The notes under the pieces are model-generated. The model saw nothing but the letters and a program-made list of their open reading frames with translations, did not search any database and was not told the origin of the DNA. A stretch of 64,000 bases of DNA, taken from the NCBI GenBank assembly GCA_034226945.1, contig CP120461.1, positions 62,001 to 126,000 on the forward strand. The letters run 5' to 3'. Shown here piece by piece: positions 11,362 through 23,392 of the stretch (the stretch's first letter is position 1; each line of letters starts with the position of its first letter). Position numbers and translations under genes: made by a program. The DNA is from Picochlorum sp. SENEW3. Taxonomy: Eukaryota.

Positions 11362-11835
11362 ATGAAATCTGATAAAGATGAGGATACGCGTGCTACTGAG
11401 GGTGGGACACTGAGAGCAGACGGAACCCGGCGGAAGGAAAGGAAAATTCGTCCAGGATACAATCCTCCAGGTTCTGTGCAGGTGTACGTTCCAAGGCACC
11501 GGCGAGCGAGGGGGGAGGTGAGGGTGATTGTCATCTACGGATACTGTGTTTTGGGCAATGCGTGGTGGTTCTGATCAGACGTGGTGGGTGTGTAGGATGG
11601 GACCACTGGGCCTCGTTCGTTAACTGACTTGGCAAACAAGTCCAAAAGTGTCGACAGGAAGGACGTGCACGAGGACGATGGCGTTCGTGAGTTGGAAAAT
11701 GAGATTGAGAAATTGACACTACAAACTGCAGAGAGAGGAAAAAAAAATGGGGTGCAAGATGAGAGTGATGATGAGCAGCCTCCTCCTGGATTTACACGGC
11801 ATGATAGGAGTACAGTAAGTAAAAAAAGAGAGTAA
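11362..11835 (+). CDS. PYM1: Partner of Y14 and Mago (WIBG/PYM family); intron ~11518-11595
   Basis: TLRADGTRRKERKIRPGYNP...VYV Mago-binding motif. Confidence 0.75.
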
Positions 11836-11841
11836 ACGACT

Positions 11842-13248
11842 TTAGAGAATTTTTCTGCGTCGACGAGGTGTCTTTCGTTCCATATAGAACTCTTCGTCCT
11901 CGTTGAGCTTGCGTTGAGTTCCATCTGGCATGGCAATGTAACGCTCATGCTTGAGTTTGGATTCCTTCCCAATGGGCGTGACGACAAGGCTCCATCCTTC
12001 CTTTGGTCTCACCGGGGCTTTCGTTCTTCTGCTTTCTCTGCTGATTGTTTTGCCAATCAGGCCTAAATTGAAATCTAGTTTGCGCTGGAATTCCTCCACC
12101 AAATTGGCTTCTTCACGAGCAGCAACAACTTCCTCCTGCTCTTCGAGGGATTTAATTCCTAATATCTCCTTGGACAGCTCTGGAGTGATATCGTCTGTCG
12201 TAATATCTTCAATACTCTTCCCCAAAGCCTTTTCCAATGCTTGAACTACATCTTCCTGCCTAATCTGTGCATACTCTGGGAACGATGGTAGACTCACATG
12301 GTGCTTTTCATTCGATCCGATGCCTTGGTCACAACGAAGGACATTTTGCATCAGAGACTTTGCTTGCTGCGCGATGGGGTCTGTTTTTGCTTCCTCATCC
12401 TTCTCAGCAATCTCCTTGAGCCGCAGGATTGCCAAAACCCGCTGCTGCCTGATGCGGAAAATTTCAGACAACCTTTCCGGCGTGTACTTTTCTGGATTCT
12501 CTTTGTACGCTTGGTACATTGTATTTTTGACCGAGTCACTAAGGCGAGCATTGTTCCACGCGTCTTGCGCTTTCCCTCCCGTCAGGTCCAGACCCCAATA
12601 CACTGCTCCGAGTTCCTCATTCACCCCCAGAGCTTGATACGGAAGTCTACCTGGAGGCGCTGCATTCACAACCTTTTTCTCAATCGGACTGGAGATTGGA
12701 GTACCTGAAGGGATCGCAGCATCCCTCTCTGCAGACCCTTTGTACAATCGAATGAGCTTTGCCAGAGCTGCCAACGCATTCCTCTCCCGGCGGCGAAGCC
12801 CGTCCACATTTTGAGCCGTCGACGGGGCCATTGAGAAATACAATTCAATCGTATCAGCTAATAACCGCAGCTCCCTGTCGCTCATCGTCTCCTTCGGCTT
12901 CTTAAATGCAGCCAACGCTTTCTTGTCCCCCTTCTTCACAGCCTCATACAACTCGAACAGATCGTTGGACATTGGTACAATTCGTTTGCTCTTATATACC
13001 CTTCTACTCTCATCTTGCTCTGTTCCATATCGATCCTTGAACTTTCTTCCGCGGGGAGCCCTTCGGCCACGGGGCGATGATGGCCTATTTCCTCCATCAG
13101 ATGCATCATTTGATACATATGATTTATGTGAAGAGGAAAAATTGGACACTGCTTTGGGACTCGAACCTCCGCAGAGACTCTCGGCTGCCGCGACGAGGCC
13201 AGGACAGCGCAGTCCACTCACCACCCTTCTCGTGGCTCTGTGGAACAT
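11842..13248 (-). CDS. Mitochondrial ribosomal protein mS45-like (Bot1p domain)
   Basis: Mitochondrial-type presequence; LSDSVKNTMY..Y...PEKYTPERLSEIFRIRQQRVLAILRLKE. Confidence 0.7.
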   Translation of the reverse strand: MFHRATRRVVSGLRCPGLVAAAESLCGGSSPKAVSNFSSSHKSYVSNDASDGGNRPSSPRGRRAPRGRKFKDRYGTEQDESRRVYKSKRIVPMSNDLFELYEAVKKGDKKALAAFKKPKETMSDRELRLLADTIELYFSMAPSTAQNVDGLRRRERNALAALAKLIRLYKGSAERDAAIPSGTPISSPIEKKVVNAAPPGRLPYQALGVNEELGAVYWGLDLTGGKAQDAWNNARLSDSVKNTMYQAYKENPEKYTPERLSEIFRIRQQRVLAILRLKEIAEKDEEAKTDPIAQQAKSLMQNVLRCDQGIGSNEKHHVSLPSFPEYAQIRQEDVVQALEKALGKSIEDITTDDITPELSKEILGIKSLEEQEEVVAAREEANLVEEFQRKLDFNLGLIGKTISRESRRTKAPVRPKEGWSLVVTPIGKESKLKHERYIAMPDGTQRKLNEDEEFYMERKTPRRRRKIL

Positions 13249-13401
13249 GGTAAAGATGTATTAAAGAGGAAATAAATAAATACTATATCCATCCGGAGAC
13301 CGCACGCCGTGGGTATTACCACAGATTGGTTCAGAACTATGATCACCCTTAAGGGTATGCTCTAGAGCATGAGATCTCATATGCATATGAGATGATCATC
13401 C

Positions 13402-14100
13402 TCACGAGGACGTCTTGTCATCCCATCCTCTCACCCAATTGGCTCCCTTGGGAGCTTTAGTGGCCGCAAAGCTTCCGTAGAATGACATTGTATCTTGCAC
13501 GCTCTCACGAATCATCTACACAGCAGACACAATGTACATTGATGAGGCATGCCTACAGAATCACAATTGTATGCCATCATAGACGCACCCGGAACGCTCG
13601 ATTTGACTCAAGATGGGGCTCTGGATCAATTTGACCGGTGAGGAATTTGAACAAGTCTGGGTTTTCGATTGCCAAGAGCTCTTCAAAATCTCCGAGCTCT
13701 TCCTCCGTCAGTCCCTCCAAATTATCCCTTGCCCACTGGCCAATGATGAGATCGAGCTCCAACCACCCACGCTGCTTTGCATGATACATCAATCTATTTA
13801 TATTCTGCATAGGGTACCCGGATGGGGGTGTGAATTATGATCAGCAGGCTGTACAGCCTCACATGTGAGGTGAAACCAACATACTCTTCTAGGTGACCCA
13901 GATGTGCCTTCGCCACCAGTCTTTGCATCTCCCGAGGAATATGATCGAGACGCCATTGTATTCAAATGGTAATGGTATGTCACGGGAGAGATGCGTGATC
14001 CTCCACGCAGGGTTTTCCCAAGCAGACAATGCTCTTCACATTGGAAGGCAAGCCTCTTTGCCACCGACCATGACAAGCGCTGAGATAGTCTATGAGCCAT
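13402..14100 (-). CDS. SDHAF2: Succinate dehydrogenase assembly factor 2 (Sdh5); three exons
   Basis: RLMYHAKQRGWLELDLIIG, ENPDLFKFLTGQ; last exon ends WVRGWDDKTSS*. Confidence 0.88.
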
Positions 14101-14309
14101 ACTATATATACCATGTACTATGTATTACATGTGGCGAATAGCGTTGTCGTTAAAAAGGTTCATATGCATTCCGTAATTTGATAACAAAAGAAGATTTTCT
14201 TGAGAAAAAGAAATGTGTCGCACAGCACGAATCTATCGAATGTATGCAATCTTGACCTGTTCAATGTATTCTGAACATCAGATCGATTATAATTGAGCAA
14301 TCATCCGGA

Positions 14310-15347
14310 ATGATGAGTACGTGGAGGTGGAATTTTGTGGAGTCTTCGAAAGGGTCTTGTCGTCACTCTGGATCAAGTATTCATTCGGTGAAACCTACGC
14401 ATCGATGGAATAGAAGGATCAAATCTTTACCAGAAGGACATCGAGTACGATTGCCAGAGGCTAGGCTCGTTTCAGATCATGCTTCACCTGAGGAGAGCAG
14501 AGGTTGTACAACCAAATCTGTGATGATTGCGGGGTTGAGCTGCATTCTTGCGAGTGCGCTTGTAGTTGGTCAGGCTCAGGCTGGGGACGATGATCTGTCG
14601 CCGTATGAGAGACGCAAGTTGGAGACTGAGAGAAGGAGGGAAATGTTGAGATCATTGAGGGAAAAGGCAGAACAGAGTGCTGCATCTGTAGATGCCACAC
14701 CCTCTCCTCCATCTGTGTACAAGCCATCAACAGCTCCTTCAGTGCCGTCAATTCCGCAGGCGCCGGCCCTGAAAGAAGAAGATAGGTCAGATAAAGGGAA
14801 GGAAGGCTCGTCGTTGCCTTCTTTCTCTGCCCCATCATTTGATAAAATGCCATCATTTTCATTTGGTGGCAAGGCAGAAGACGAGAAGAAGCCTGTTGCT
14901 CCCCCAGCACCTTCTCCTCCTCCTCCTCCTCCTCCTAAGGCAGTCATGCCGCCACCACCACCTCCTCCTCCCCCAAAGGTGGTCACGCCACCACCACCAC
15001 CACCACCACCACCACCACCAGCTCCCCCAAAGGTGGTGACTCCACAGAAGCCATTGACACCACCCCAAGTTGTCATGCCATCCAGTCCAGCAAAGAGCTC
15101 AACGGGCGATACATTGGAACAGTGGCGCCAACAGCAGAAGAAGGACCTTGCGGAGAGGGAAAAGGTGGAGAAGAAACGGGCACAAAAGCAGAAGAAGAGA
15201 GGGATCATGCCAGTGTGGCTGGCAGAACTGTTTATGATTGCCTCTCTCCTTGGAGTGGGTGTTGCATCCGTGCTGTTCAGCGACAGCATTGCCACGCTGT
15301 ACAACAAAGTCAATAGAGCATTGACAAAATCTTTTACAAAGGAGTGA
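14310..15347 (+). CDS. Proline-rich, probably thylakoid-associated protein with C-terminal TM helix
   Basis: Transit peptide, hydrophobic segment ending AQA, poly-Pro tracts (14900-15030), C-terminal TM helix. Confidence 0.6.
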   Translation: MMSTWRWNFVESSKGSCRHSGSSIHSVKPTHRWNRRIKSLPEGHRVRLPEARLVSDHASPEESRGCTTKSVMIAGLSCILASALVVGQAQAGDDDLSPYERRKLETERRREMLRSLREKAEQSAASVDATPSPPSVYKPSTAPSVPSIPQAPALKEEDRSDKGKEGSSLPSFSAPSFDKMPSFSFGGKAEDEKKPVAPPAPSPPPPPPPKAVMPPPPPPPPPKVVTPPPPPPPPPPPAPPKVVTPQKPLTPPQVVMPSSPAKSSTGDTLEQWRQQQKKDLAEREKVEKKRAQKQKKRGIMPVWLAELFMIASLLGVGVASVLFSDSIATLYNKVNRALTKSFTKE

Positions 15348-16247
15348 TTATGACGAATCAAAAGAAAATGACACTGTTCCATCTCGATTCTCCAACCGCT
15401 GGACTCGCCGTCTCCCCCATTCATCCACAGTCTGGGATGATGATGCCTTGTCATCATCATTCACCGCACTATCAACCGACCTGATATGTAACTTTTTCAA
15501 TTTGTTCTGCTCTTGTATCACTTCACTAATCAAATGAAGTTGCTTCGCAGCCACATCATGGACTGACGCAATCAACTCCTCTACACCCTCAACCCGTGAC
15601 TCCAGCAACTCCATTCTAGCACTCGTCTCCTCCAGCACGTCCCCCGCAAGCGCCCCATCCTGCTCCACCATTTTCGCAGTATTTCTAACCTCTCTCCCCA
15701 CCAGCCTCGTCCTCGTCTGAAGCTTATCCACCTGGCGCATCATAGAGTCCATCGTCCTCCCATGCTCCTCCAACCCAACTTCAACCTTCCTCAACCTCAG
15801 CATTGCCTGAGACGTCGGCGAGGCACGCTTCTTCCGTTCTGACAATACAGAAGATATCTTGCGCATCAACACCGCCCCCATCAGGAGCCCCGTCATCCAC
15901 ACAGGCGCCTGCTCAGCACGCTCAACCTGCTTCCTAGAACTATACGCCACTTGCACCCCCACAGCCCCACCCAATACAACAATCTCTACAGCATCGACAG
16001 CCTTATCAAGTACATTAAATCCTCCCCCCTCCACCTTTGCTGTCCGACGAGTACTGCGACGACGCTGGGGCGAGGACGACGAATGCTGCCCAGTCCCTTC
16101 GATTCTCAGACGACCCCTGGCATGTTTCCTCTGTCGCTGTGATTTTATGCTACAAATCAAATCTACTCCAGTATTCCTACTTCCAACTACGATCCCACAT
16201 ACACCTGTCGAAGAGAATTTCAAACCAAACAGCGACATTCTTGTCAA
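15348..16247 (-). CDS. Probable plastid membrane protein with coiled coil
   Basis: 299-aa ORF; two hydrophobic segments followed by a heptad-rich region. Confidence 0.55.
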   Translation of the reverse strand: MTRMSLFGLKFSSTGVCGIVVGSRNTGVDLICSIKSQRQRKHARGRLRIEGTGQHSSSSPQRRRSTRRTAKVEGGGFNVLDKAVDAVEIVVLGGAVGVQVAYSSRKQVERAEQAPVWMTGLLMGAVLMRKISSVLSERKKRASPTSQAMLRLRKVEVGLEEHGRTMDSMMRQVDKLQTRTRLVGREVRNTAKMVEQDGALAGDVLEETSARMELLESRVEGVEELIASVHDVAAKQLHLISEVIQEQNKLKKLHIRSVDSAVNDDDKASSSQTVDEWGRRRVQRLENRDGTVSFSFDSS

Positions 16248-16930
16248 ATGTCTTGAATACGGGTATCAGCAACACTTACAATGACCCAATGTTCAAGAAT
16301 ATTCGAATCAACGTAATAGAATGAGTCCCAATGCAATGAACCCTCCCATGGGTGGAACCATAAAGCGCCCTATATATGTTATACAATATCTTCGATCAAC
16401 CCATCCTTTGCATAGGAACATCTAATCGACCAAAATATTGACGCAGCAAATCCCATAACAGCCTCGAACAACTCCTTCAGTGTTTAAAATCAAATCAAAG
16501 ATTATATCTTTGTGGTAAAGCAGTAAAGTAGGTTCATAATTGGGTGATTTTGGTTGCATATGTTGTACCTAGGTAGACCGACCGTGTGCTTGCAAGCAAT
16601 TGCCGAGGGTCGACTGAGCAATGATTGACCGACGAACGCGGGACAAACTCCACAGCACGGTGACCACTGTTGATTGTTATAATTATACACCACTGGGAAT
16701 TATATTTAATAATTCATTGGATACGTACGATTCCGGGGTGAGGGAGCGTATCGGTGAATCTGGGAATTCTGCGGTGGTCGAATTTCGCTGCTCGGGCGCT
16801 GTTGACTCGACAGGTTGGCTATTGGGGGTTGGGTGTAGGGGATTTGGGTTGGAATTCAGGGTTATACTTGGGGGTTTCGGTGATACTGTGTTCTGACGGA
16901 TGGTGTTGACTTTTGTGTGCAGTAGACGCT

Positions 16931-17857
16931 ATGAGAACAAGTACAAGGAGAGCTGCAGGGAATCGGCGACCGAGGGATGTGCAGTCGTCGTTGAGCTCGA
17001 ATTATGATTCTGTTTTTGTGCACAGGAAGAATGCCTTGTACAGGAGAGCGGCAGAATTGAGTGCAATCACTGATTGTGAGATTAGCATCATTGTGCTCAG
17101 TCCTGATGGGGAGTTGTCTCAGTTTTCAACAGCTCCAATGAAGAAGATTTTGAGAGCGTACAGTAGACTATGCTCTAGTCCTCACGAGATTCATAATATG
17201 GAGTCTATTCAGAAAAAGCTGGTGAGTGCAGGGGGAGAGGGTGTTGGGTTGCTCATGCCGCAGGAGGATGAGGGGGTGCAGAAGAAGCAGAAGCAGAAGC
17301 AAAAGAAGAAAGTAGCCCAGAAGAAGAATGTGAAGAAAGTCGAGGACGACTTGGAAGATGCGGGGGAGATGATTGAGGCTATTCTAGCCATGCGAGGCTC
17401 GACAGTTAAAGAGGAGCCAGGGCGTGATGAGAATCTGGGTGATGGGGATGAAGACAAGGGGACTGGCACTGATACTGACGAGACTCTGGAGGAGGGAAAT
17501 GGGATGGACAGATCTGGCACAGTGTCGAATTCTTCGGAGAAGAGGCAGGGGGAGTCTGGGGATGGGGAACCAACGCATGGAAAGAGGCGACTCACAGAGG
17601 TGCAAGACAGTGTTCAGAAAAAGCATAGGTTGAGTAAAGTGGATTTTTCTAGGGATCAGCAATCAGTCCAGACGGCGGATGAAAAGAAAAAGGCGCAAGG
17701 GCGATGTGACGATAAAAGTCCAACTCGGCTTGGGGCTGATGCCCGAGGGCACATTGGTGTTGGGACACCATTGAACAGGAAGCAGAAACCCTTGCCTCCG
17801 TCTGTCGATCCCATTCCTCTTCTGGGGCCAGATGTGCGTCCACGCACTGATTCTTAA
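16931..17857 (+). CDS. Divergent MADS-box (SRF/MEF2-type) transcription factor
   Basis: VFVHRKNALYRRAAELSAITDCEISIIVLSPDGELSQFST...ILRAY matches the MADS core. Confidence 0.8.
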   Translation: MRTSTRRAAGNRRPRDVQSSLSSNYDSVFVHRKNALYRRAAELSAITDCEISIIVLSPDGELSQFSTAPMKKILRAYSRLCSSPHEIHNMESIQKKLVSAGGEGVGLLMPQEDEGVQKKQKQKQKKKVAQKKNVKKVEDDLEDAGEMIEAILAMRGSTVKEEPGRDENLGDGDEDKGTGTDTDETLEEGNGMDRSGTVSNSSEKRQGESGDGEPTHGKRRLTEVQDSVQKKHRLSKVDFSRDQQSVQTADEKKKAQGRCDDKSPTRLGADARGHIGVGTPLNRKQKPLPPSVDPIPLLGPDVRPRTDS

Positions 17858-17925
17858 AAATAATTCATTCCCGTATATCGTATGATTCTGGTATGTATTG
17901 CTTGTAAAAGAATAATAAATAGTGA

Positions 17926-20687
17926 TCAATGATGATGCCTGCGTGATTTGTGGTGCCTGGACCGACGTTCTTTTGACCTGGAACGATGTCTTGAGTGGCG
18001 CTTCTTCTTTCGTCTACGTTCTTTGGACTCCTTCACTATGCGAATGGCTTCCTTGATACGTGCATCGTCGTCATCATGATGATGATCATCATCATGCTTG
18101 TCCTGTGAAGGTGCTTTCAGACGATGTCTTTCATCAGTTTCTGGTTTTTGTTGTGCGTCCTCTCTCGAACGTCCTCGCTCGTGCCGAGATTTTTCCTTGT
18201 GAAATTTTTGGAAACCAAAATCGGTTGAGGGCGACATGGTAGGTCTGCGTTCGGAACTGTCAATGGAAGGTTTGAATGCATTCTCAAGATTGGTGGGAAT
18301 GATTGCCGTTGCATCACATTTTTCTTCCTCCTCATCAGAAGATGTGTCTTCAAAAATAGCCTGAAACAAGTCAAGCGGCTTCTCAGAAGGCATTGTGTCT
18401 GGTGCAACGATAGGAGAGCCTCCCTGTTGATTTCCGTTCGTAGCAGCTGGCTCATCAGATATGAGAGAGTCTAAGAATTCCTGCGCAGCAGCTACAGCAT
18501 CGTCATGTGCTGGCTTGCTTTCTGGCTCTGCATTGTGCGTCACGTTGGCGGATAGCGTCAATTCGTCGCTTTTAAATTTTGTCTTGACGGGATCGCTGGT
18601 TGGCTTTCTATTCAGAAATGGGTTTTCCACACCGAGCCTTTTGCATAGCAGAGGTTCTGGGATCCACTCATCTACACGGCGGACTGGTATGCCACTGCTG
18701 GCCGCCTTTTTGGCCTCTGTTATTTTGTCTTCAGGAACCACAGATGTTCCAGATGATGGTCTGCTTAGATCAAAAACGGTCACAACCTTTCTAGTGGTGG
18801 GTTTCTGTATACTCTCCTGTGTACCTTGAGTTTGCCGCGGGATACCTGGAGTCAACCCTGGTTTAAGGTGCGTTGCTGACTCTTTCTCGCTTGCCTTTAC
18901 AAACGTAGATGCCATTCGCTCTTGAAACTTTTTTCTGTCCTTCTCAGGAATGTTTTTGAGCGCATCTTCCAGACTTGGCCTCTTGCTCATTGCTTGCATT
19001 TGCCTTTGGCGAGAAAAATCCTCAGATGAAGATACAATTCTTGTAAGACTTTCTTCTCCTAAAATTGCACCCCGTTGTTCACTATCTAGCTTATTTTTGT
19101 ATATGGATGATCTCAAATGCTCCGGGTGAATCATTCTAAAGTATTTTTGCACGCTCCAAACATAATACTTGTGATACTGGTTCTCTGGCAAAATGAAACT
19201 GTACTGCTCCGTTTCCGATTTCTTAGACGACGCAATATTCTCAAATTCAGGTCCTGAGCGAGCAACTTGAAGAGCTACTTGATCAATCAGAAGTTTTTCC
19301 CGGCCTTGTGGAACGATCGGAGGTGCTTCCACTGGAGTATCACCCCAAACATGCCTCAAAGTGCTCTTTTGCACAAGGGACGTAGGAGTCTTCGGAATGT
19401 ATGCGCTATCGATCTTAGGACTTGGATAAAATGTTGGATGTAAAATATCCCTTTCATTCGACTCCACAGAAGACACAAAGCCTGAAATACATCCTCTGCG
19501 AGACCTCTCAGATGATGGGTGGGATATCAGGGGCAGTGATGCCTTCCCCTCAATGGCCTTTGCACGATACTTTCCCGTGATTGACTCCAGGTCAATATCG
19601 TCATCTTGGACTTCAAAAGAATACCCTTCCAACGCCAACGTGTCCCCAAGCTTCTCTCTCAGCAATCCTTGATGCCTGGAAAGAGGCATACCTGATGCAT
19701 CCAAGCCTCCTATTCCTTCTACTTGGTGCATTGCATCCGTCGACACATAATCTTCCATCGTGCCAAGTGCATCGTCTTCATCCAATACGCCAGTACCAAA
19801 TGCGACACCTCTTCCTCGCCTACCTCTTCCAGACCGCTGTGCAGACTGTTCACCTCTCTGCTTTGCATGCCGAAACTCCTCTGCACCTTGAAACGGATCA
19901 TATCCCAGCCCAAATGTATCTGATTTTGCTTCTATTTTTCTAACGCTAACATTTTCAACCCGTAATAATCCTTTCAAATGTTGAATGTCCTGGAGGCTTG
20001 TGGCCCCCTGCATCAAACGTTGTGCTTCCTGTTCATCCTTTGCCTCGAGACCCTTCCCTTGCCTCCATCCCATCCGGAGTAATAATCGTACACCTACTCC
20101 CTCTGATACAGGGGTTATCATTATATCTGGGACAAGGAGAGGAATACTCCCAGATTCCTGCTGTTCCATCCTCCGGGATTCTTCCTCCTTGGCAGCCCGG
20201 CCAAAGGTATCATACTGTGCTCTGGTCTCCAATGTCGTCCTGTTGTACTCTTCCAACTCATCATCATCTAAAAATTGTTCAATAGACTGTGTCTGGGCCT
20301 TCGTCCTATCGTCCCTCGATGATTTGAATGTTGCAGGCTCCCATCCCTCTGCAGAACCAACAGTATTCCAGTATCCAGCACTCCAGCCTCCTTCAAACGC
20401 CCCGTGAAACCTCTTTCGCCCCTGACGATCCGTCACTTCCTGCGAAACATGATATTGTTTATAATACTCCAACTCCGACCACCACCAGACGAGAATAGAA
20501 AGAGGGTACTGAGCAAACAACTTCCTACCTGTTTCCACACTGGTAACGCTTTGCCCACTGCCCCCACCCTGGACGAATGATTCGCTTTACCATGAGATTC
20601 GTACGTTTTCAGGTGGTCTCCAAAGAAATGGTAATCTTCAGGCTCCTTCTTCTCGGCAGAAGAGGGCTCTGCTGCTTGCCTTTTCAT
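17926..20687 (-). CDS. TGH: G-patch and SURP domain protein (TOUGH/GPATCH1); intron 20440-20528
   Basis: PVWKQEVTD..GRKRFHGAFEGGWSAGYWNTVGS.EGW.P; G-patch GVRLLLRMGWRQGKG; SURP; W.PEPLLCKR; DLFQAIF. Confidence 0.9.
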
Positions 20688-20948
20688 GTGACGAAATGTT
20701 CCACGCACGTCACCCCACAGCAAGATACAAACATGTCATTTCTGGTAGTAGCCAATGCTTTAAAATGAAGAAACACAACAGCCTATGCACGCATGGAAAT
20801 GAATTGGTAGCCTCAAGATGGGGTCGTTTCAATATTCAAATTCTCGGAAAAAATGAGCTGATATCTCAGCAATGTAGTTCATACCAGGATTGAGACCTTG
20901 AACAATGCAGGAAAGATTTTGAGCTTTTGACAGTACACTTAAAATTTC

Positions 20949-21884
20949 ATGCTGCGATTGATCAGGAGTATGCAGCCAGTTCTTCATCATGGGTACCCAT
21001 TACCTCAACCACGCATGTTTAGTAGTTGTGCTCGGCATGCCTCGAGGTTTTCTGTATCCTGTGCTGCCAGAAAATCTCTTGTTGAAGGTAAAAATAGCAA
21101 CTTAATGGCTGGCATTGATCCTGAGCACAAGGAAGAGATCGCAAGGATTCTCGAGCTTGGTCAGAGGTCACAGGAGTCCTGGGGTTCCGAAATTTCCAGT
21201 TTTTATTCTCCTGCAGTAATTGCCGATGCAATGACAGCATTGAATAGAATGTCTGAGATTAGGTGTATTGCCTGGGGGGGCTATACCAGAGCTGAACGGC
21301 AAAGAATTATTGTTGGACGCGAGGAAGTTTTGGTTGGGGATGTTACCGAGCTTTCTGACGACGTCATTGCAGCGGTTCAAGTGAAAGGTAACTTTTTGTT
21401 TGATTCTGCATCTCATCCAGACTTTTTAGGGGCCTGTTTAGGGACTGGTATCGAAAGGGCTGTCATTGGGGACATTCTAGTTCAAGGTGATACAGGAGCA
21501 CAGATTATCTGTACACCCTCAATAGTCGAGCATCTCGAAGCTACATTGACCCAAGTGAGGACAGTTTCGGTGAAAACAGAGAGAATACATGTAGCAGAGC
21601 AGCTGCGAGTTCCCGAGGCAAGGGTGAAGGAGATGCAGAGTGTTGAGGCTTCTTGTAGACTCGATGCAATTGCCTCTGCTGGGTTTCGAATGTCACGAAA
21701 CAAATTGGCTGACATGATCAAGGCTGGAGATGTTCGAATAAACTGGAAGACGTGTAAGAAGCCCAGCCTTGAGGTGTGCGAAGGAGATATGATTAGTGCC
21801 ACCGGAAAGGGAAGAGTAGAAATAAGCAGCATTTCCACCACGAGCAAAGGCAAGTTCATCGTGGAAATGCAGCGATTCACATAG
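20949..21884 (+). CDS. Photosystem II S4-domain RNA-binding protein (YlmH/Sll1252 family)
   Basis: WGGY..AERQR, GNFLFD.ASH.DFLG, ASCRLDAIASAGFRMSR, GD.IS..GKGR. Confidence 0.88.
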   Translation: MLRLIRSMQPVLHHGYPLPQPRMFSSCARHASRFSVSCAARKSLVEGKNSNLMAGIDPEHKEEIARILELGQRSQESWGSEISSFYSPAVIADAMTALNRMSEIRCIAWGGYTRAERQRIIVGREEVLVGDVTELSDDVIAAVQVKGNFLFDSASHPDFLGACLGTGIERAVIGDILVQGDTGAQIICTPSIVEHLEATLTQVRTVSVKTERIHVAEQLRVPEARVKEMQSVEASCRLDAIASAGFRMSRNKLADMIKAGDVRINWKTCKKPSLEVCEGDMISATGKGRVEISSISTTSKGKFIVEMQRFT

Positions 21885-21939
21885 ATCCATCATCATTTAA
21901 ATTTGATATTTATTTATTCCATTGGTATACGAATGTATC

Positions 21940-23357
21940 ATGTTGCCCAAGCTGCGGCTCCAGAGTTCAGTTCAGGCTTTGTACAGACGTACCCATCAGT
22001 ATTTTAATCAGTATTTCTCAGTATCAAGGATTCATTGGACAACTGGTATCAATATATATACAGCCATGGCCGATGTGTCGATGAAAAGTGCAAATCAGGC
22101 CGAGTTTGAGCGGTTCTCAAGTCCCAAGACATGCCCCTCTTGCGGACAAAAGAGCTTTCGACATTCAGTTTTTAGAAAGCACATACATAGATGTTGCCCA
22201 GACCTTCTCATGGTAAGCAAGCACACTCATAGCGCAGATGGGACCGCACATTTTGAAAGTGAGCGGGATGTCGAGGAATGGCTGAGAGCTGCAAGAGCAA
22301 AGGAATTAGAGCTTCATAAGAAAGCAGTGCGTGATTTGCAGTGGTGATATCGTTTGACTATGCGTGACTGTATTTGCATCTTTGTGCAGTTGGATATTGC
22401 GTTTAGACAACGGGACGAGGATGATAATCCCATTCGGCAAGGCCCAGAGGAAATTGCTCGGGCTATAGGAGCAATAGATGTATCTCGGGCACAAAAGCTG
22501 CTGAAATCTGCAATGAAAGCCATTCCATTGGCAGCAGATTACGATCCTATTCATGTTATATATGACGATGAGCATATTATTGGCCTTAATAAACCCCCTT
22601 TTGTCATCACTGCTCCCAAGCACAGATACACTGGAGGAAGCCTGGTCAACAGAGTTATTGGAAACATGGGAATAGAGCCGCTCGTCGTGCATAGACTCGA
22701 CATGAACACTACAGGTGTCGTAATGTTCGCCAAAAGCAGCAAGGCAGCGTCGCTACTCCACAAGCAATTCAGAGAGAAAATCCCCCAAAAGACATACCTG
22801 GCCCTGGTCCTGGGCACTCCCGACTGGATGACAACGACAGTCGATGCTCCCATCGGAGAGAGTGCCATCGAAAAGTATGTTTACATGATCACCTATGCGA
22901 TCGAAGGATATCCTGCTCAATATTCAAGCCTTGATTGTCTACTTGCAGGGTTGCCAGAGCAGTCACAGAGGATGGCAAACCAGCTATCACGGATTTCAAA
23001 GTCCTTGCCTCGTCACAGCATGCCGATTTTAGCTCCTACAAAGCTTCACCGTGCATAGATCCAGAAACAGAACAGCGTTATAGATCATGCAGAACGTGTT
23101 CCCTGATAGAGTGTCATCCAAGGACAGGAAAGACACACCAGATCCGTGTTCACCTCGCTCATCTCGGTCACTGCATCCTCGGAGATGATCTGTATGGTAT
23201 CATTGGACCATGTATCAATAGACATGCACTCCATGCTGCAAAATTGTCGCTGAAGCATCCATCACATGACAATGATGCATTCCAGGTGGAAGCCCCTCTC
23301 CCAGAAGATTTCCAATCGGCCATGAAAGCCCTCGGCTTCGAGGCCATGGCACCCTAA
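21940..23357 (+). CDS. RluA-family pseudouridine synthase; two introns
   Basis: LNKPP, VHRLDMNTTGV, KTYLALV, PRTGKTHQIRVHLAHLGH.ILGDDLYG, ALHA. Confidence 0.9.
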
Positions 23358-23392
23358 TAATGTATACAAATCTATTTGAATAAAAAAGAAAG

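Noticed and set aside
14576..15460. Gly-rich 294-aa minus-strand ORF and poly-His/poly-Trp ORFs
   Set aside because: Shadow frames of the CCA/CCT poly-Pro repeats in the plus-strand gene.
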